This document shows, piece by piece, positions 44,689 through 55,191 of a stretch of 64,000 nucleotides of DNA (the first letter of the stretch is position 1; every line of letters begins with the position of its first letter). The stretch is from Patescibacteria group bacterium. GTDB lineage: Bacteria > Patescibacteriota > Patescibacteriia > Veblenbacterales > UBA10138. The position numbers and the translations under genes are program-made. Where the stretch lies: assembly GCA_018817715.1 (NCBI GenBank), contig JAHITT010000001.1, positions 109,781-173,780 on the forward strand, read 5' to 3'. The notes under the pieces are model-generated. The model ran no database searches, was not told the origin of the DNA, and saw only the letters and a program-made list of their open reading frames with translations.

Positions 44689-45966
44689 TTATAATTCATC
44701 ATAATCTCGCATAACCAACTGGGCATTTATTTGCCTAACCGTGTCAATAACTACCGACACCACGATTAACAAGGAAGTACCTCCAATAACCAAAAGCTGG
44801 GAACCGGTAACCACCTGCATACCCAAAGGCAAAACAGCAATCAAGCTTAAGAATAAGGCGCCGGGCAAAACTACTCGATTCATAGTTTGTGAAAGAAAAT
44901 CAACCGTGCTTTTACCAGGACGAATACCGGGTATAAAGCCACCTTGTTTTTGTAAATTCTCCGCTACCTGATCTGGTTTAAAAACGACTGAAGTATAAAA
45001 ATAAGTAAAAGCAAAAACTAAAATAAAATAAAATACACCATAAAATATCTGGTTCTGAAAAAGATTTATGGTAAATTCGGCTCCTTTAACTAACAAAGCT
45101 GATTGAGATTTAACAAAAAATTGAGCAATCATCGGCGGCACCAAGACTACAGAAATAGCAAAAATAATAGGAATAACGCCGGCCTGCAAAAGCCTTAGTG
45201 GTAAATAACTAGTAGCCCCGCCTAAAGTAGTGGAACCCCTAACCATACGAGCATAAGTTACCGGGATATTACGTTGAGCTTCAGTAACCACCACCACCGC
45301 CACCACAGTAAGTAAGGCTATGGCTATAAAAATAATAACGCTAAATAACTGAGTGGGGTCGTAAGTAGCAATAGTTTGTTGAATTTGTTTAGGCACCGAA
45401 GCTACGATACCGGCAAAAATCAATAAAGACACCCCGTTACCAATTTTCTTTTCGGAAATTATTTCACCCAACCAAACCAAAAAAACTGTACCCGCTGTTA
45501 CTGTTACTAAACTAGTAATAAGTTTTAAACCCTGCAAATCCGGTATTAACCCGCCCCCGCTTTGACTACGCAACAAAACCATAAAACTATAAGCTTGAAG
45601 CAAAGACAAAGGTACGGTTAACCAACGGGTATACTGGTTTATTTTTTGTTGACCAGCTTCACCTTCTTTAGACATTTCTTGCCACTTAGGTACTATCATG
45701 GTTAACAGTTGGACAATAATGGAGGCTGTTATATAAGGCCCCACACCCAACATAACCACAGAAAAATTTTCCAAACCACCACCAGAAAATATATTAAGCA
45801 AACCAAAAAATTGATTAGAGGCAAAAAAATTTCTTAAGCCAACAGCATCAACTCCTGGAATCGGTAAATGAGCCAATAAACGAAAAACTACCAAAATAAA
45901 AAGAACAAATAAAATATTATTTCTTAAATCCGGTGTTTTCCAAATTTGTTCTATCTTTTGCCACAT
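44689..45966 (-). CDS. secY: preprotein translocase subunit SecY
   Basis: 10 TM. Conserved SecY motifs (GGLENFSVVMLGVGPYITASII). Confidence 0.9.
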   Translation of the reverse strand: MWQKIEQIWKTPDLRNNILFVLFILVVFRLLAHLPIPGVDAVGLRNFFASNQFFGLLNIFSGGGLENFSVVMLGVGPYITASIIVQLLTMIVPKWQEMSKEGEAGQQKINQYTRWLTVPLSLLQAYSFMVLLRSQSGGGLIPDLQGLKLITSLVTVTAGTVFLVWLGEIISEKKIGNGVSLLIFAGIVASVPKQIQQTIATYDPTQLFSVIIFIAIALLTVVAVVVVTEAQRNIPVTYARMVRGSTTLGGATSYLPLRLLQAGVIPIIFAISVVLVPPMIAQFFVKSQSALLVKGAEFTINLFQNQIFYGVFYFILVFAFTYFYTSVVFKPDQVAENLQKQGGFIPGIRPGKSTVDFLSQTMNRVVLPGALFLSLIAVLPLGMQVVTGSQLLVIGGTSLLIVVSVVIDTVRQINAQLVMRDYDEL

Positions 45967-45987
45967 AATCTAAATCTAATTAAATGG

Positions 45988-46458
45988 CTATTTAACAGCC
46001 ACAATCTCTACTTGACCACCAGCTGCTTCCACAACCGCCTGAGCGCCCTTAGAAACAGCCTGAACCTTAACTTTTAACTTAACAGTTAATTTAGTATTAC
46101 CAATTAACTTTAATGGCCGAACCGGACCACGAACCAAACGTTTACTCTTTAAAAAAGAATAATCTACCACTGTCCCGTCGGGAAAAGTAGCTAAACGATC
46201 AATAGTCACCGTAGCAAAACTTTTTTGCAAACTCTTAAAACCCCTAACTTTAGGTAAACGAGCAACAAAATGCTTAACACCTAACTGACCCAAACCTTTA
46301 CGTCCACCTTGCCTGGCTCGTTGACCTTTTAAGCCTCGAGTAGAATAAGTACCATGACCAGAAGCATTACCACGGCCTAAACGTTTCTTAGAACGCCTTG
46401 ATTTGGCTGGGGATCTTAAACTGTTTAAAGCTAATACCATAATTTTATTTCTTAACAA
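45988..46458 (-). CDS. rplO: 50S ribosomal protein L15
   Basis: ...RLGRGNASGHGTYSTRGLKGQ... Confidence 0.9.
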   Translation of the reverse strand: MLRNKIMVLALNSLRSPAKSRRSKKRLGRGNASGHGTYSTRGLKGQRARQGGRKGLGQLGVKHFVARLPKVRGFKSLQKSFATVTIDRLATFPDGTVVDYSFLKSKRLVRGPVRPLKLIGNTKLTVKLKVKVQAVSKGAQAVVEAAGGQVEIVAVK

Positions 46459-46951
46459 TCTTCATACGGCTAAAAGCGGCTAAAACAGCCCGCACATTAT
46501 TTATTTTATTGGCTGAGCCTAATATTTTAGAAACCACGTTAGGCACACCAGCTAATTCCAAAACTATTCTAACTGGACCACCAGCAATTATACCAGTACC
46601 AACTTTAGCTGGTCTTAATAAAACTTTAGCGCTCTTATATTTTATTGTAGTTTCGTGGGGCAAAGTTTCACCTCTTAAAGGCACACTAATTAAATCCCGC
46701 TTGGCTTTAGTAGTCGCTTTGCTAATAGCTAAACTGACATCAGCACCTTTAGCTAAGCCAGCGCCCACTTTTCCTTTACGGTCGCCTACTACTACTAAGG
46801 CCCGAAAACGCATCCTTTTACCACCGGCCATAACACGAGTAACCCTGGACAATTCCACTATTCGTTGATCAAATTCGTCTTCTACTCTGTCCCGTCTAGG
46901 GCCACGCCGGCCAAAACCGCGCCTGTCATTTTGTGATTTTTGCATAACCAT
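46445..46951 (-). CDS. rpsE: 30S ribosomal protein S5
   Basis: ...VTRVMAGGKRMRFRALVVVGD... Confidence 0.9.
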   Translation of the reverse strand: MVMQKSQNDRRGFGRRGPRRDRVEDEFDQRIVELSRVTRVMAGGKRMRFRALVVVGDRKGKVGAGLAKGADVSLAISKATTKAKRDLISVPLRGETLPHETTIKYKSAKVLLRPAKVGTGIIAGGPVRIVLELAGVPNVVSKILGSANKINNVRAVLAAFSRMKIVKK

Positions 46952-46964
46952 AATATATTTTTAC

Positions 46965-47318
46965 CTAAAATTTCAAACCCGCTTGCCTGAGGCTTTCAGC
47001 CAAAGCTTTTACCCGGCCATGATAAGCAAAACCAGCTCGATCAAAGACCGCTTCCTTGATACCTAATTTAACTAATTTTTCCCCTAATAACTGGCCCACT
47101 TGAGCCGCTATAGCCAAAGGTTTAAGTTCTTTTTTAAGGTCTAATTCCTTATCTAAAACTGACACTATAGTATGGCCTTTAACATCATCTATAGCTTGAG
47201 CCGAAATATGTTTTAAACTGCGCCACACCACCACCCGCGGACAAGCCGCCGTACCATTGACATGACTTCTAACCCGCTTATGGCGATGGATACGATTTTG
47301 AGATCGAGAATTATTCAT
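46965..47318 (-). CDS. rplR: 50S ribosomal protein L18
   Basis: Operon position. ...FDRAGFAYHGRVKALAE... Confidence 0.85.
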   Translation of the reverse strand: MNNSRSQNRIHRHKRVRSHVNGTAACPRVVVWRSLKHISAQAIDDVKGHTIVSVLDKELDLKKELKPLAIAAQVGQLLGEKLVKLGIKEAVFDRAGFAYHGRVKALAESLRQAGLKF

Positions 47319-47329
47319 AAAATATTTTC

Positions 47330-47881
47330 CTACTTAGCGCCAGCTGCCTTAACTACTTTGCCGGCCTTACGACGAATAACTTCATTAAGATATTTTATAC
47401 CCTTACCTTTATAAGGCTCTGGTTTGCGCAAAGCCCTTATTTCGGCGGCTACCTGACCAACTTCTTGCTTATTAGCGCCAGTTAAAATGATAATGTTTTT
47501 TTCTACTTTAGCACTAATATTTTTAGGAATATCAAAACGAACTGGATGAGAAAAACCCAAATTAAAAACTAAAGTTTCCCCTTCTATTTGAACCTTAAAA
47601 CCAATACCCGATAATTCCAAAGATTTACTATAACCTTCGTGGACACCTTGAACAGCATTAGCAACTAATTGCCGAGCTAAACCCCATAAAGCCCGTTGTG
47701 CTCGGTCAGAGCTATCGGTCACACTAACCGATAAAACATTGTCCGTCTGTTGTACCTTAACCCGACCAGGCAATTGTTCGGTTACTTCACCTTTGGGGCC
47801 TTTAGCGGTAAAGGATCGACCAACTATAGTCACTTGAACACCGGCTGGTATATTAATTGGTAATTTTCCTAATCTAGACAT
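47330..47881 (-). CDS. rplF: 50S ribosomal protein L6
   Basis: MSRLGKLPINIPAGVQV... Confidence 0.9.
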   Translation of the reverse strand: MSRLGKLPINIPAGVQVTIVGRSFTAKGPKGEVTEQLPGRVKVQQTDNVLSVSVTDSSDRAQRALWGLARQLVANAVQGVHEGYSKSLELSGIGFKVQIEGETLVFNLGFSHPVRFDIPKNISAKVEKNIIILTGANKQEVGQVAAEIRALRKPEPYKGKGIKYLNEVIRRKAGKVVKAAGAK

Positions 47882-47889
47882 AAATTTCT

Positions 47890-48276
47890 TTAATAAATTT
47901 CACAAATTACCTCACCACCTAATTTAGCTGCCCGGGCTTTTTTGTTGGTCATTAAACCTTGGGATGTTGAAACTATCGCTATACCCAAACCCGATAAAAC
48001 TTTAGGCAAAGAATCGCTTTTAACATAATGCCGTCGACCAGGCTTGCTGATTCTTTTTAAATTTTGAATGGCTGGCTTACCTTTAAGATACTTTAAAGAT
48101 ATTACCAAAGACCTCTTTGGCGAAGTTTCTTCACCAATCGCTTCAATATAACCTTCATCTAATAATATTTGAGCTAGCCCAGCCTTAAGGTTGGAATAAG
48201 GCACCAGCACCCGGCTCTTATTTACTAGAGCGGCGTTGCGAATTCGAGCTAACATGTCACTAATTGGATCTGTCAT
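47890..48276 (-). CDS. rpsH: 30S ribosomal protein S8
   Basis: MTDPISDMLARIRNA... Confidence 0.9.
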   Translation of the reverse strand: MTDPISDMLARIRNAALVNKSRVLVPYSNLKAGLAQILLDEGYIEAIGEETSPKRSLVISLKYLKGKPAIQNLKRISKPGRRHYVKSDSLPKVLSGLGIAIVSTSQGLMTNKKARAAKLGGEVICEIY

Positions 48277-48297
48277 AAACTAAAAATGGAATATAAA

Positions 48298-48492
48298 TTA
48301 CCAGCTGGCTTTTGTAATACCGGGTATTTCACCGTTATTGGCCAATTCTCTAAAACAAATACGGCACATATTAAAATCTCTCATATAACCATGCTTTCGA
48401 CCACAACGCCAACAACGCCTCACTATACGAGTAGAGTATTTTGCCTTAGTTAGAGAACGGCGAGATTTTACTTCTTGAGCGGTTGTAGACAT
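48298..48492 (-). CDS. rpsN: 30S ribosomal protein S14 type Z (zinc-binding)
   Basis: 61-64 aa, CxxC...CxxC ([25 protein letters not shown]). Confidence 0.9.
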   Translation of the reverse strand: MSTTAQEVKSRRSLTKAKYSTRIVRRCWRCGRKHGYMRDFNMCRICFRELANNGEIPGITKASW

Positions 48493-48500
48493 AATCTTGT

Positions 48501-49049
48501 TTACTTACTAAAAGGGAAACCCAACAATTCAAATAAACGTAAAGTTAAATCACGGGCTCGACCACTAGTTACGACTGTAACTTCCAAACCGTGTAAGGCT
48601 TCTATTTCGTCAGACCTAATTTCCGGAAAAACTACGTGTTCTTTAAAACCAATAGTTAAATTACCCTGCTGATCAATTATTTTTTTGGATAAACCTCGAA
48701 AATCCCTAACCCGAGGCAAAGTAATATTGACAAACCTATCCAAAAAATCATACATTCTTTGGCCACGCAAAGTTACACTAACACCCACCACCATACCTTC
48801 CCGAATCTTAAAATTAGAAATAGACTTCTTGGCTTTAGTAAAAACCGGTTTTTGTCCGCTAATACGCTGTAAAGTTTTAAAAGCATTTTCCTGTTGTTTA
48901 GTATCACTTAAAACCTTACCTAAACCAATATTCAGAACTACTTTTTGCAATCGAGGCATTTGCATAATATTTTGCAAAGAAAATTCCTTTTGCAAAACTA
49001 ACCAAGCGGCCTGCCACAAATCTTTAATTGTTTTATGATTTTCTTTCAT
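48501..49049 (-). CDS. rplE: 50S ribosomal protein L5
   Basis: Operon position and conserved L5 core. Confidence 0.9.
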   Translation of the reverse strand: MKENHKTIKDLWQAAWLVLQKEFSLQNIMQMPRLQKVVLNIGLGKVLSDTKQQENAFKTLQRISGQKPVFTKAKKSISNFKIREGMVVGVSVTLRGQRMYDFLDRFVNITLPRVRDFRGLSKKIIDQQGNLTIGFKEHVVFPEIRSDEIEALHGLEVTVVTSGRARDLTLRLFELLGFPFSK

Positions 49050-49052
49050 AGA

Positions 49053-49382
49053 TTAAATAGTCACTAATGATTGCTTACAACGATGGCATAACCTGACTTT
49101 TTTACCATCAGTAGTCGTTGATAAAGTAATTCTGGTTCCTTTGCTACAATGCGGACAAACCACCATCAACTTATTAGCCTTTAAAGGAGCGGCAAACTGC
49201 ACTTTACTACCACCCTGCCCCTTACCACTGGCTTTTAAATGCTTAAACCTCAAATTTACTCCCTCCACCACTACTAAACTTTCCTCGGGAAAAACTTGGG
49301 TTACCTTACCTTGTTTACCCTTGTCTCGTCCAGCTAAAACCTTAACAATATCATTTTTCTTTATTTTTAACTTAATAAACAT
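49053..49382 (-). CDS. rplX: 50S ribosomal protein L24 (KOW) with C-terminal CxxC...CxxC extension
   Basis: KIKKNDIVKVLAGRDKGKQGKV KOW motif. C-terminal VVCPHCSKG...LCHRCKQ. Confidence 0.85.
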   Translation of the reverse strand: MFIKLKIKKNDIVKVLAGRDKGKQGKVTQVFPEESLVVVEGVNLRFKHLKASGKGQGGSKVQFAAPLKANKLMVVCPHCSKGTRITLSTTTDGKKVRLCHRCKQSLVTI

Positions 49383-49391
49383 AAGCGTAAA

Positions 49392-49763
49392 TTACAAAAC
49401 CTCGGGAGCTAAAGAAACAATCTTTTGAAAACCCTTATTTCTTAATTCTCGAGCAATCGGACCAAAAATACGAGTGCCCTTAGGTTCCTTGGATTTTTTA
49501 TCAATAATCACTATAGCATTTTCATCAAACCTAACATAAGACCCATCAGTTCTCCTTTGTTCCTTACGTGTCCTGACCACAACCGCTGTAACCACTTCAC
49601 TTTTTTTAACCATACCATGCGGTTCAGCTGATTTTATTACGGCTGTTATCAAATCACCAATTCGAGCATAACGTTTTTTGTAACCACCTAAAACACGTAT
49701 ACATTGAACCTTCTTGGCTCCTGTATTATCGGCTACTTTTAACATGGATCTAAGTTGTATCAT
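49392..49763 (-). CDS. rplN: 50S ribosomal protein L14
   Basis: [18 protein letters not shown]... Confidence 0.9.
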   Translation of the reverse strand: MIQLRSMLKVADNTGAKKVQCIRVLGGYKKRYARIGDLITAVIKSAEPHGMVKKSEVVTAVVVRTRKEQRRTDGSYVRFDENAIVIIDKKSKEPKGTRIFGPIARELRNKGFQKIVSLAPEVL

Positions 49764-49770
49764 AAAATAT

Positions 49771-50028
49771 TTACTTTAATTTACCAACAATACGCCAACG
49801 CTTAAGGCGTGATAACGGACGAGTAGCTTCCAAAATTACTTTATCACCCAATTTATATTCATTTTTTTCATCATGCGCATGATAACGTTGGCTTAAACGA
49901 ATCCGTTTACCATATTTAGGATGAACAACCACTCTTTCCACCTTAACCACCCGAGTTTTATCGGTTTTAGCCGATACCACCAAGCCTTCTAAGCTACGTT
50001 TAATTTTATTTGTCTTAACTAAAATCAT
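49771..50028 (-). CDS. rpsQ: 30S ribosomal protein S17
   Basis: Operon position, OB-fold core. Confidence 0.85.
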   Translation of the reverse strand: MILVKTNKIKRSLEGLVVSAKTDKTRVVKVERVVVHPKYGKRIRLSQRYHAHDEKNEYKLGDKVILEATRPLSRLKRWRIVGKLK

Positions 50029-50045
50029 ATAATACCAATTATTTA

Positions 50046-50237
50046 TTAACCCTTCTGCTGAGCTGTTTTAAAACGAGCAATCTGTTTACGGATTTTTCTT
50101 ATACTACGAACATCTTTAAGATCTTGTTGAGCCACCCGCAAACGCAAAGCCCTTAATTCTTGAACAGCCTGGGCCAATTTTTGCTCCAATTGCCCTTTAT
50201 CTAAATTATCTTCTGTTTTAGGAGTTTGTTTAGTCAT
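50046..50237 (-). CDS. rpmC: 50S ribosomal protein L29
   Basis: 63 aa, helical, between rplP and rpsQ. Confidence 0.8.
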   Translation of the reverse strand: MTKQTPKTEDNLDKGQLEQKLAQAVQELRALRLRVAQQDLKDVRSIRKIRKQIARFKTAQQKG

Positions 50238-50242
50238 ACAAA

Positions 50243-50653
50243 TTATACCTTTTTAACTATAGTAGTTTTAACCGGCAATTTAAAAGAGGCCAACCGAAAA
50301 GCTGTAGAGGCTTCTTCATCATTTACACCACCAAGCTCAAACATAATCGTACCAGGCTTAATGGGCGCCACATAATGATCCACCGCACCTTTACCACCAC
50401 CCATACGTATTTCATTACCCTTAACAGTAATTGATTTATCCGGAAAAATCCTAATCCATAATTTACCCTTACGTTGCAGGCTACCAGTAATCGCCCGACG
50501 AGCCGCTTCTATCTGACGCGACGTTATCCAATTAGCTTCCAAAGACTTCAGGCCAAAGCTACCAAAACTTAAATTAATCTTTTGGCTGGCTTTACCTTTA
50601 ATTTGATCGCCTCGATGATGCTTGCGATATTTTACTTTCTTAGGAATCAACAT
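50243..50653 (-). CDS. rplP: 50S ribosomal protein L16
   Basis: MLIPKKVKYRKHHRG... Confidence 0.9.
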   Translation of the reverse strand: MLIPKKVKYRKHHRGDQIKGKASQKINLSFGSFGLKSLEANWITSRQIEAARRAITGSLQRKGKLWIRIFPDKSITVKGNEIRMGGGKGAVDHYVAPIKPGTIMFELGGVNDEEASTAFRLASFKLPVKTTIVKKV

Positions 50654-50666
50654 AAAAACTAATTAA

Positions 50667-51365
50667 TTAACGATTGAACCGGCCGCGACGGCCAAAAGAT
50701 GGACGATGGGGCGGTGTTGACATTATAGAATTTGTCCCACCCTCGCCTCGATTAATCCAAACCTTTATACCTAAAACACCATAAGTCGTCTTGGCTGTAG
50801 TGCGAGCGTAATCAACTTCGGCACGTAAAGTATGTAAGGGCACCTTACCAACGCTTAATTTTTCACTACGAGCTATTTCGGCACCATTCAAACGACCGCC
50901 GACCATTACCTTAACACCCAAAGCACCCGACTTCATTACTTGATCAATAGCCTGTTTCATTACCCTTCTAAAAGGCATTCTTTTTTCTAATTCTAAAGCC
51001 ATATTCTCCGCCACAATTTCCGGAGACAACATGGGATTGGTAACTTCTTGAATATTAAGTTGCAAATTTTGACCAATTTTTAAAAATTTATCTTTCATTT
51101 CTTTTTTTAAATCTTCAGCACCAGCACCCCCTCGACCAATCACTAAACCCGGTTTAGCCGTCTGAATATTAACTGTTAAACTGTTAGCACCTCTTTCCAC
51201 TTCTAAACCAGCCACTGACGCGCCACGTAGTTTTTTTCTTAACCAACGTCTTAATCTGACATCTACTTCTACCATCTCACTGTATTCACGTTCGTTAAAC
51301 CATTTTGACTTCCAGGTATATAAGATTCCCATTCGGAAAATTTTTGGATGTACTTTCTGTCCCAT
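50667..51365 (-). CDS. rpsC: 30S ribosomal protein S3
   Basis: MGQKVHPKIFRMGI... KH domain. Confidence 0.9.
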   Translation of the reverse strand: MGQKVHPKIFRMGILYTWKSKWFNEREYSEMVEVDVRLRRWLRKKLRGASVAGLEVERGANSLTVNIQTAKPGLVIGRGGAGAEDLKKEMKDKFLKIGQNLQLNIQEVTNPMLSPEIVAENMALELEKRMPFRRVMKQAIDQVMKSGALGVKVMVGGRLNGAEIARSEKLSVGKVPLHTLRAEVDYARTTAKTTYGVLGIKVWINRGEGGTNSIMSTPPHRPSFGRRGRFNR

Positions 51366-51367
51366 AT

Positions 51368-51724
51368 CTATTTTTTACTAGCTGATTTAGGAGCCACATC
51401 GCTTAAAACAACCTTAATGTGACTGGTTGGCCGTCTTAAAGGCGTGGCTCGACCCATGGCTTTAGGTTGCCAACGCTTTAAAACAGGTCCTTGATTAACT
51501 TGAATAGTTTTAACCCACCAATCAGACGGCTCCAATTTTAAATTAGATTTTCCGTTAGCGGCCGCTGATTTTATTAATTTAATTACCGGCTTGGCTGAGC
51601 CCTTACTTAAATTATTTAACTGACGCTCGGCCTCCGCCAAAGTCTTACCACGCACCAAATCAATTACTAATTTGACTTTGCGGGGAGATAATCTGGTGAA
51701 TTTTAATTGTGCTTGTACTTCCAT
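51368..51724 (-). CDS. rplV: 50S ribosomal protein L22
   Basis: Operon position and conserved core. Confidence 0.85.
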   Translation of the reverse strand: MEVQAQLKFTRLSPRKVKLVIDLVRGKTLAEAERQLNNLSKGSAKPVIKLIKSAAANGKSNLKLEPSDWWVKTIQVNQGPVLKRWQPKAMGRATPLRRPTSHIKVVLSDVAPKSASKK

Positions 51725-51733
51725 AAATCTAAA

Positions 51734-52066
51734 TTATTTCTTAGGAGTGACTACTGGGGCAGCCACTGGCTTAGCAGCTACAGCAGCGGCGGCGGCTTGT
51801 TCCTTAGCCATCCTACCACCGTGACCAGTGAATTTACGGGTTGGAGAAAACTCGCCCAACTTATGACCGACCATATCTTCCACCACCAAAACCGGTATAT
51901 GAATCCGACCATTATGAACACCAATAGTAAAACCGACCATTTCTGGAGTAATAACTGAATCGCGTGACCAAGTTTTTATAATAGTCTTATCGCCCACCTT
52001 TAATCTACCTAATTTAATAAGTAGTTTGGCATTGACAAATGGTCCTTTTTTTAAACTTCTAGACAT
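51734..52066 (-). CDS. rpsS: 30S ribosomal protein S19 with Ala/Pro-rich C-terminal extension
   Basis: [11 protein letters not shown]...[13 protein letters not shown], then [24 protein letters not shown]. Confidence 0.9.
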   Translation of the reverse strand: MSRSLKKGPFVNAKLLIKLGRLKVGDKTIIKTWSRDSVITPEMVGFTIGVHNGRIHIPVLVVEDMVGHKLGEFSPTRKFTGHGGRMAKEQAAAAAVAAKPVAAPVVTPKK

Positions 52067-52077
52067 ATAAAATTCTA

Positions 52078-52917
52078 TTAACGTCTCCTCTTAGAACGAC
52101 GACTAACAATAAACCTATTAGAAGCTTTAGTTGACCGTCTGGTCTTAACACCTAAAGCTGGTTTACCCCAAGGTGTCTTAGGGTGTTTAAGACCAATAGG
52201 ATTATGGCCTTCACCACCACCATGAGGATGATCCACTGGATTCATAGCCTTACCTCGTACCGTCGGTTTAAAACCCATATGACGCCTGCGACCAGCTTTA
52301 CCCAATCTAACATTGGAGTGATCTATATTACCAACTTGACCAACTGTTGCCAAGCAACCATTAGCTACATCTCTTATTTCCCCTGAAGGCAACTTTAATC
52401 TTACTAAACCAGTCTCACTGGACATAACAATCGCCCAAGCTCCAGCTGATTTTACCATTACGCCGCCCTGTCCGGGAGTCAATTCAATATCATGCACCTG
52501 AACCCCGACTGGTATATGTTTTAAAGGTAAGCGATTACCAGTTTTTATTTCTATAAATTTCTGTGATGACATTATTTTGTCACCAACTTTAAGTCCAGTA
52601 GGAGCCAAAATATAACTTCGGCTACCATCACTATAAACAAGTAAAGCTAAATTAGCCGTCCGATTAGGATCATAGGCCAACAACTCTACTTTAGCTTCCA
52701 AATCATATTTTTGACGCTTAGAATCTACCTCCCTTAATAATCGTTTAGCTCCCCCGCCACGATGCCGCACGGTAATACGACCTTGAGCATTTCGTCCGGC
52801 CTTAGAAGTTTTGCCCTTAGTTAAACTCTTAAGTGGCCTTGACTTACTAACTTCCGACAACAAAACACCGGCATGGCGCCTTCCTGGAGTAGTTGGTTTG
52901 TAATTCTTAACTGGCAT
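52078..52917 (-). CDS. rplB: 50S ribosomal protein L2
   Basis: ...[24 protein letters not shown]... Confidence 0.9.
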   Translation of the reverse strand: MPVKNYKPTTPGRRHAGVLLSEVSKSRPLKSLTKGKTSKAGRNAQGRITVRHRGGGAKRLLREVDSKRQKYDLEAKVELLAYDPNRTANLALLVYSDGSRSYILAPTGLKVGDKIMSSQKFIEIKTGNRLPLKHIPVGVQVHDIELTPGQGGVMVKSAGAWAIVMSSETGLVRLKLPSGEIRDVANGCLATVGQVGNIDHSNVRLGKAGRRRHMGFKPTVRGKAMNPVDHPHGGGEGHNPIGLKHPKTPWGKPALGVKTRRSTKASNRFIVSRRSKRRR

Positions 52918-52927
52918 ATCTTAAATA

Positions 52928-53269
52928 CTAAATAGATTTAGTTGTTTGTAAAGTTTGACCAGGCGCTAAACGAACTGTCATAATACGACGAATCCTAGTC
53001 TGACCAATGTTACGACCACGTCGAACAGTCTTACGTGGTAAATTACGGGCATTAACCGCTATCACTCGCACACCATGAGCCGATTCAATTGCTTTTTTAA
53101 CAACGATTTTAGAAACACCTGGTTTCACTTTAAAACTGTATTGACCCTGGGACTGCAAACGAGTAGCTTTTTCCGAAACTTGTGGCAACAATAAAACAGC
53201 TGGAGCCTTAGTTATTTTCTTAGGCAAGCTAAAGGTTTTTATTTTAGGTTTTTTCTTTAATAAAGCCAT
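52928..53269 (-). CDS. rplW: 50S ribosomal protein L23
   Basis: Operon position, conserved core. Confidence 0.85.
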   Translation of the reverse strand: MALLKKKPKIKTFSLPKKITKAPAVLLLPQVSEKATRLQSQGQYSFKVKPGVSKIVVKKAIESAHGVRVIAVNARNLPRKTVRRGRNIGQTRIRRIMTVRLAPGQTLQTTKSI

Positions 53270-53275
53270 AAAATT

Positions 53276-53920
53276 TTACTTAACCGCTTTTAAAACTCTG
53301 GTCATTAATTCCTGCAAAGCGTCTTCCGAAATTAACCAATGTGGTAGTTTTATACCATCATAAGAATTAAATTGCCTTACTGACATTATATTGGCACCAG
53401 GAATATTATTAAAACCGCGTCGTAAAGCCTTTTCCTTGTCCGACAATAAAAGTAAATACTTTTTTCTGGGCACAGCTAAGGCTTTAATAATTTCCACAAA
53501 AACTTTAGTTTTATCCGCCTGGGGCCAAGCTTTAACCACTGTTACTCGACCAGCTGATAAATAATCTTTCACCGTCATAACAGCGGCAGCGGATTTTAAT
53601 TTAGTTGGCAAGCTTTGACTGTGGTCTCGTTGTTTCCGTGGGCCAAAAACTACACCACCACCCACCCATAAAGGCGACCTAATAGAACCATGTCTGGCTC
53701 GGCCGGTGCCCTTTTGCTTCCAAGGTTTTTTACCACCACCTCTAACTTCGCTACGATTTTTAGTATGAGCCGTATCAGCGCGACGATTAGCTTGATAAGC
53801 CACTACCACTTGATGCACCACTGATGGTTTAACCACCACTGCTTGCAAAGCCTCGGGCAAATTTACTTCCCCGACTGACTTACCTTTATTATCTAAAATG
53901 GAAATTTTTGCGTCTGACAT
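53276..53920 (-). CDS. rplD: 50S ribosomal protein L4
   Basis: ...GGGKKPWKQKGTGRARHGSIRSPLWVGGGVVFGP... Confidence 0.9.
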   Translation of the reverse strand: MSDAKISILDNKGKSVGEVNLPEALQAVVVKPSVVHQVVVAYQANRRADTAHTKNRSEVRGGGKKPWKQKGTGRARHGSIRSPLWVGGGVVFGPRKQRDHSQSLPTKLKSAAAVMTVKDYLSAGRVTVVKAWPQADKTKVFVEIIKALAVPRKKYLLLLSDKEKALRRGFNNIPGANIMSVRQFNSYDGIKLPHWLISEDALQELMTRVLKAVK

Positions 53921-53921
53921 A

Positions 53922-54536
53922 TTATTTCTCAGCTACAATTGATACCAAACCTTTAAAAGCTCCCGGCACCGCTCCTTTAACTAACAACTCATTATTGGCG
54001 GCATCCACACCCATAATTTCTAAATTATGAACAGTAACTTTTTGGCCACCCATTCGACCGGCCATGCGCATACCCTTACGGACATGTTGCACTCCACCAG
54101 CACCGATTGAACCCGGCATACGAGATTGATCTTTATGGCCGTGACTAGAAGGATGACCCTTAAAACCATGGCGCTTAACCACACCTTGAAAACCTAAGCC
54201 TTTGGCCTTAGCAGTTATAGCCACCTTATCACCTAATTGAAACTGATTAACATCCAAAACCTGGCCAATTTCTAAATTAGTTTCCGTCGGAATATCAAAC
54301 TCTTGCAAATGCCTTAAATTTTTACCTACAGCCTTAAGATGACCTTGCAAGGGTTTGCTAACTTTCTTCTTTTCGGCAAAACCGACCTGAACCGCTCTGT
54401 AACCATCTTTATCATCTTCTTTAATTTGAGTAACCCAACAAGGCCCAGCTTTTAACCTAGTTACAGCCACTGCTTGGCCGTCTGGTAAAAAGAGACGTTC
54501 CATATTCTGTTTATGAGCAAGAATCAATTTAGACAT
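53922..54536 (-). CDS. rplC: 50S ribosomal protein L3
   Basis: ...GFKGHPSSHGHKDQSRMPGSIG... Confidence 0.9.
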   Translation of the reverse strand: MSKLILAHKQNMERLFLPDGQAVAVTRLKAGPCWVTQIKEDDKDGYRAVQVGFAEKKKVSKPLQGHLKAVGKNLRHLQEFDIPTETNLEIGQVLDVNQFQLGDKVAITAKAKGLGFQGVVKRHGFKGHPSSHGHKDQSRMPGSIGAGGVQHVRKGMRMAGRMGGQKVTVHNLEIMGVDAANNELLVKGAVPGAFKGLVSIVAEK

Positions 54537-54786
54537 AAATACTTTAAGTACTAAAAAACCGCTTAACTTATCTTAATGTAAAACAATAACCAACTTGACT
54601 GACTGCTCCAATAAGTAAACGGTTTCATAAATATTTTCTGATTTAGTAGCTGTGAATTTAACTTCTAAGTTGGTAATTATACTCCTAATAACCCTTATTT
54701 TTAAATTGGCTAGCTAGCGATTGCAGGTTTGTTTTCTTGGGAAAACACCGTACACAAGGCCAAAGCTAAAGGGTCACCAATTAATT

Positions 54787-55146
54787 CTACATTTTTATCT
54801 CAACATCGACACCGGCTGGCAAATTAAGGTTGGTTAAACCATCAATGGTTTTGGCTGTTGGATCCAGTATATCCAAAAGCCTCTTATGTATTCTCATTTC
54901 ATATTGTTCCCGAGCGTTCTTATGAACAAAACTGGAACTATTTACGGTATAACGCGTTAATTCGGTTGGTAAAGGTATTGGTCCAACCACTCTGGCACCA
55001 GTCCTTTGAGCTGTTTCCAAAATCGTGCGCATGGCTTGATCAATAATTTTATGGTCATAAGCTCGAATTTTTATTCGAACCCTAGACTTACTTTCCTCTT
55101 CTGACGCGGGTTTATTAACCTTATTGTCTGTCGTGTTAGTTACCAT
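54787..55146 (-). CDS. rpsJ: 30S ribosomal protein S10 with about 20-aa N-terminal extension
   Basis: ...RIKIRAYDHKIIDQAMRTILETAQRTGARVVGPIPLPT... Confidence 0.9.
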   Translation of the reverse strand: MVTNTTDNKVNKPASEEESKSRVRIKIRAYDHKIIDQAMRTILETAQRTGARVVGPIPLPTELTRYTVNSSSFVHKNAREQYEMRIHKRLLDILDPTAKTIDGLTNLNLPAGVDVEIKM

Positions 55147-55191
55147 ACCGCAATTAAATCTTTTATTTTAAGTAAAGAGCTATTTTATAAA

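Noticed and set aside
46509-49428. Plus-strand ORFs 46509-46868, 48475-48672, 48685-49038, 49141-49428 inside the ribosomal operon
   Set aside because: Each is antisense to a conserved minus-strand ribosomal protein gene (S5, S14, L5, L24).
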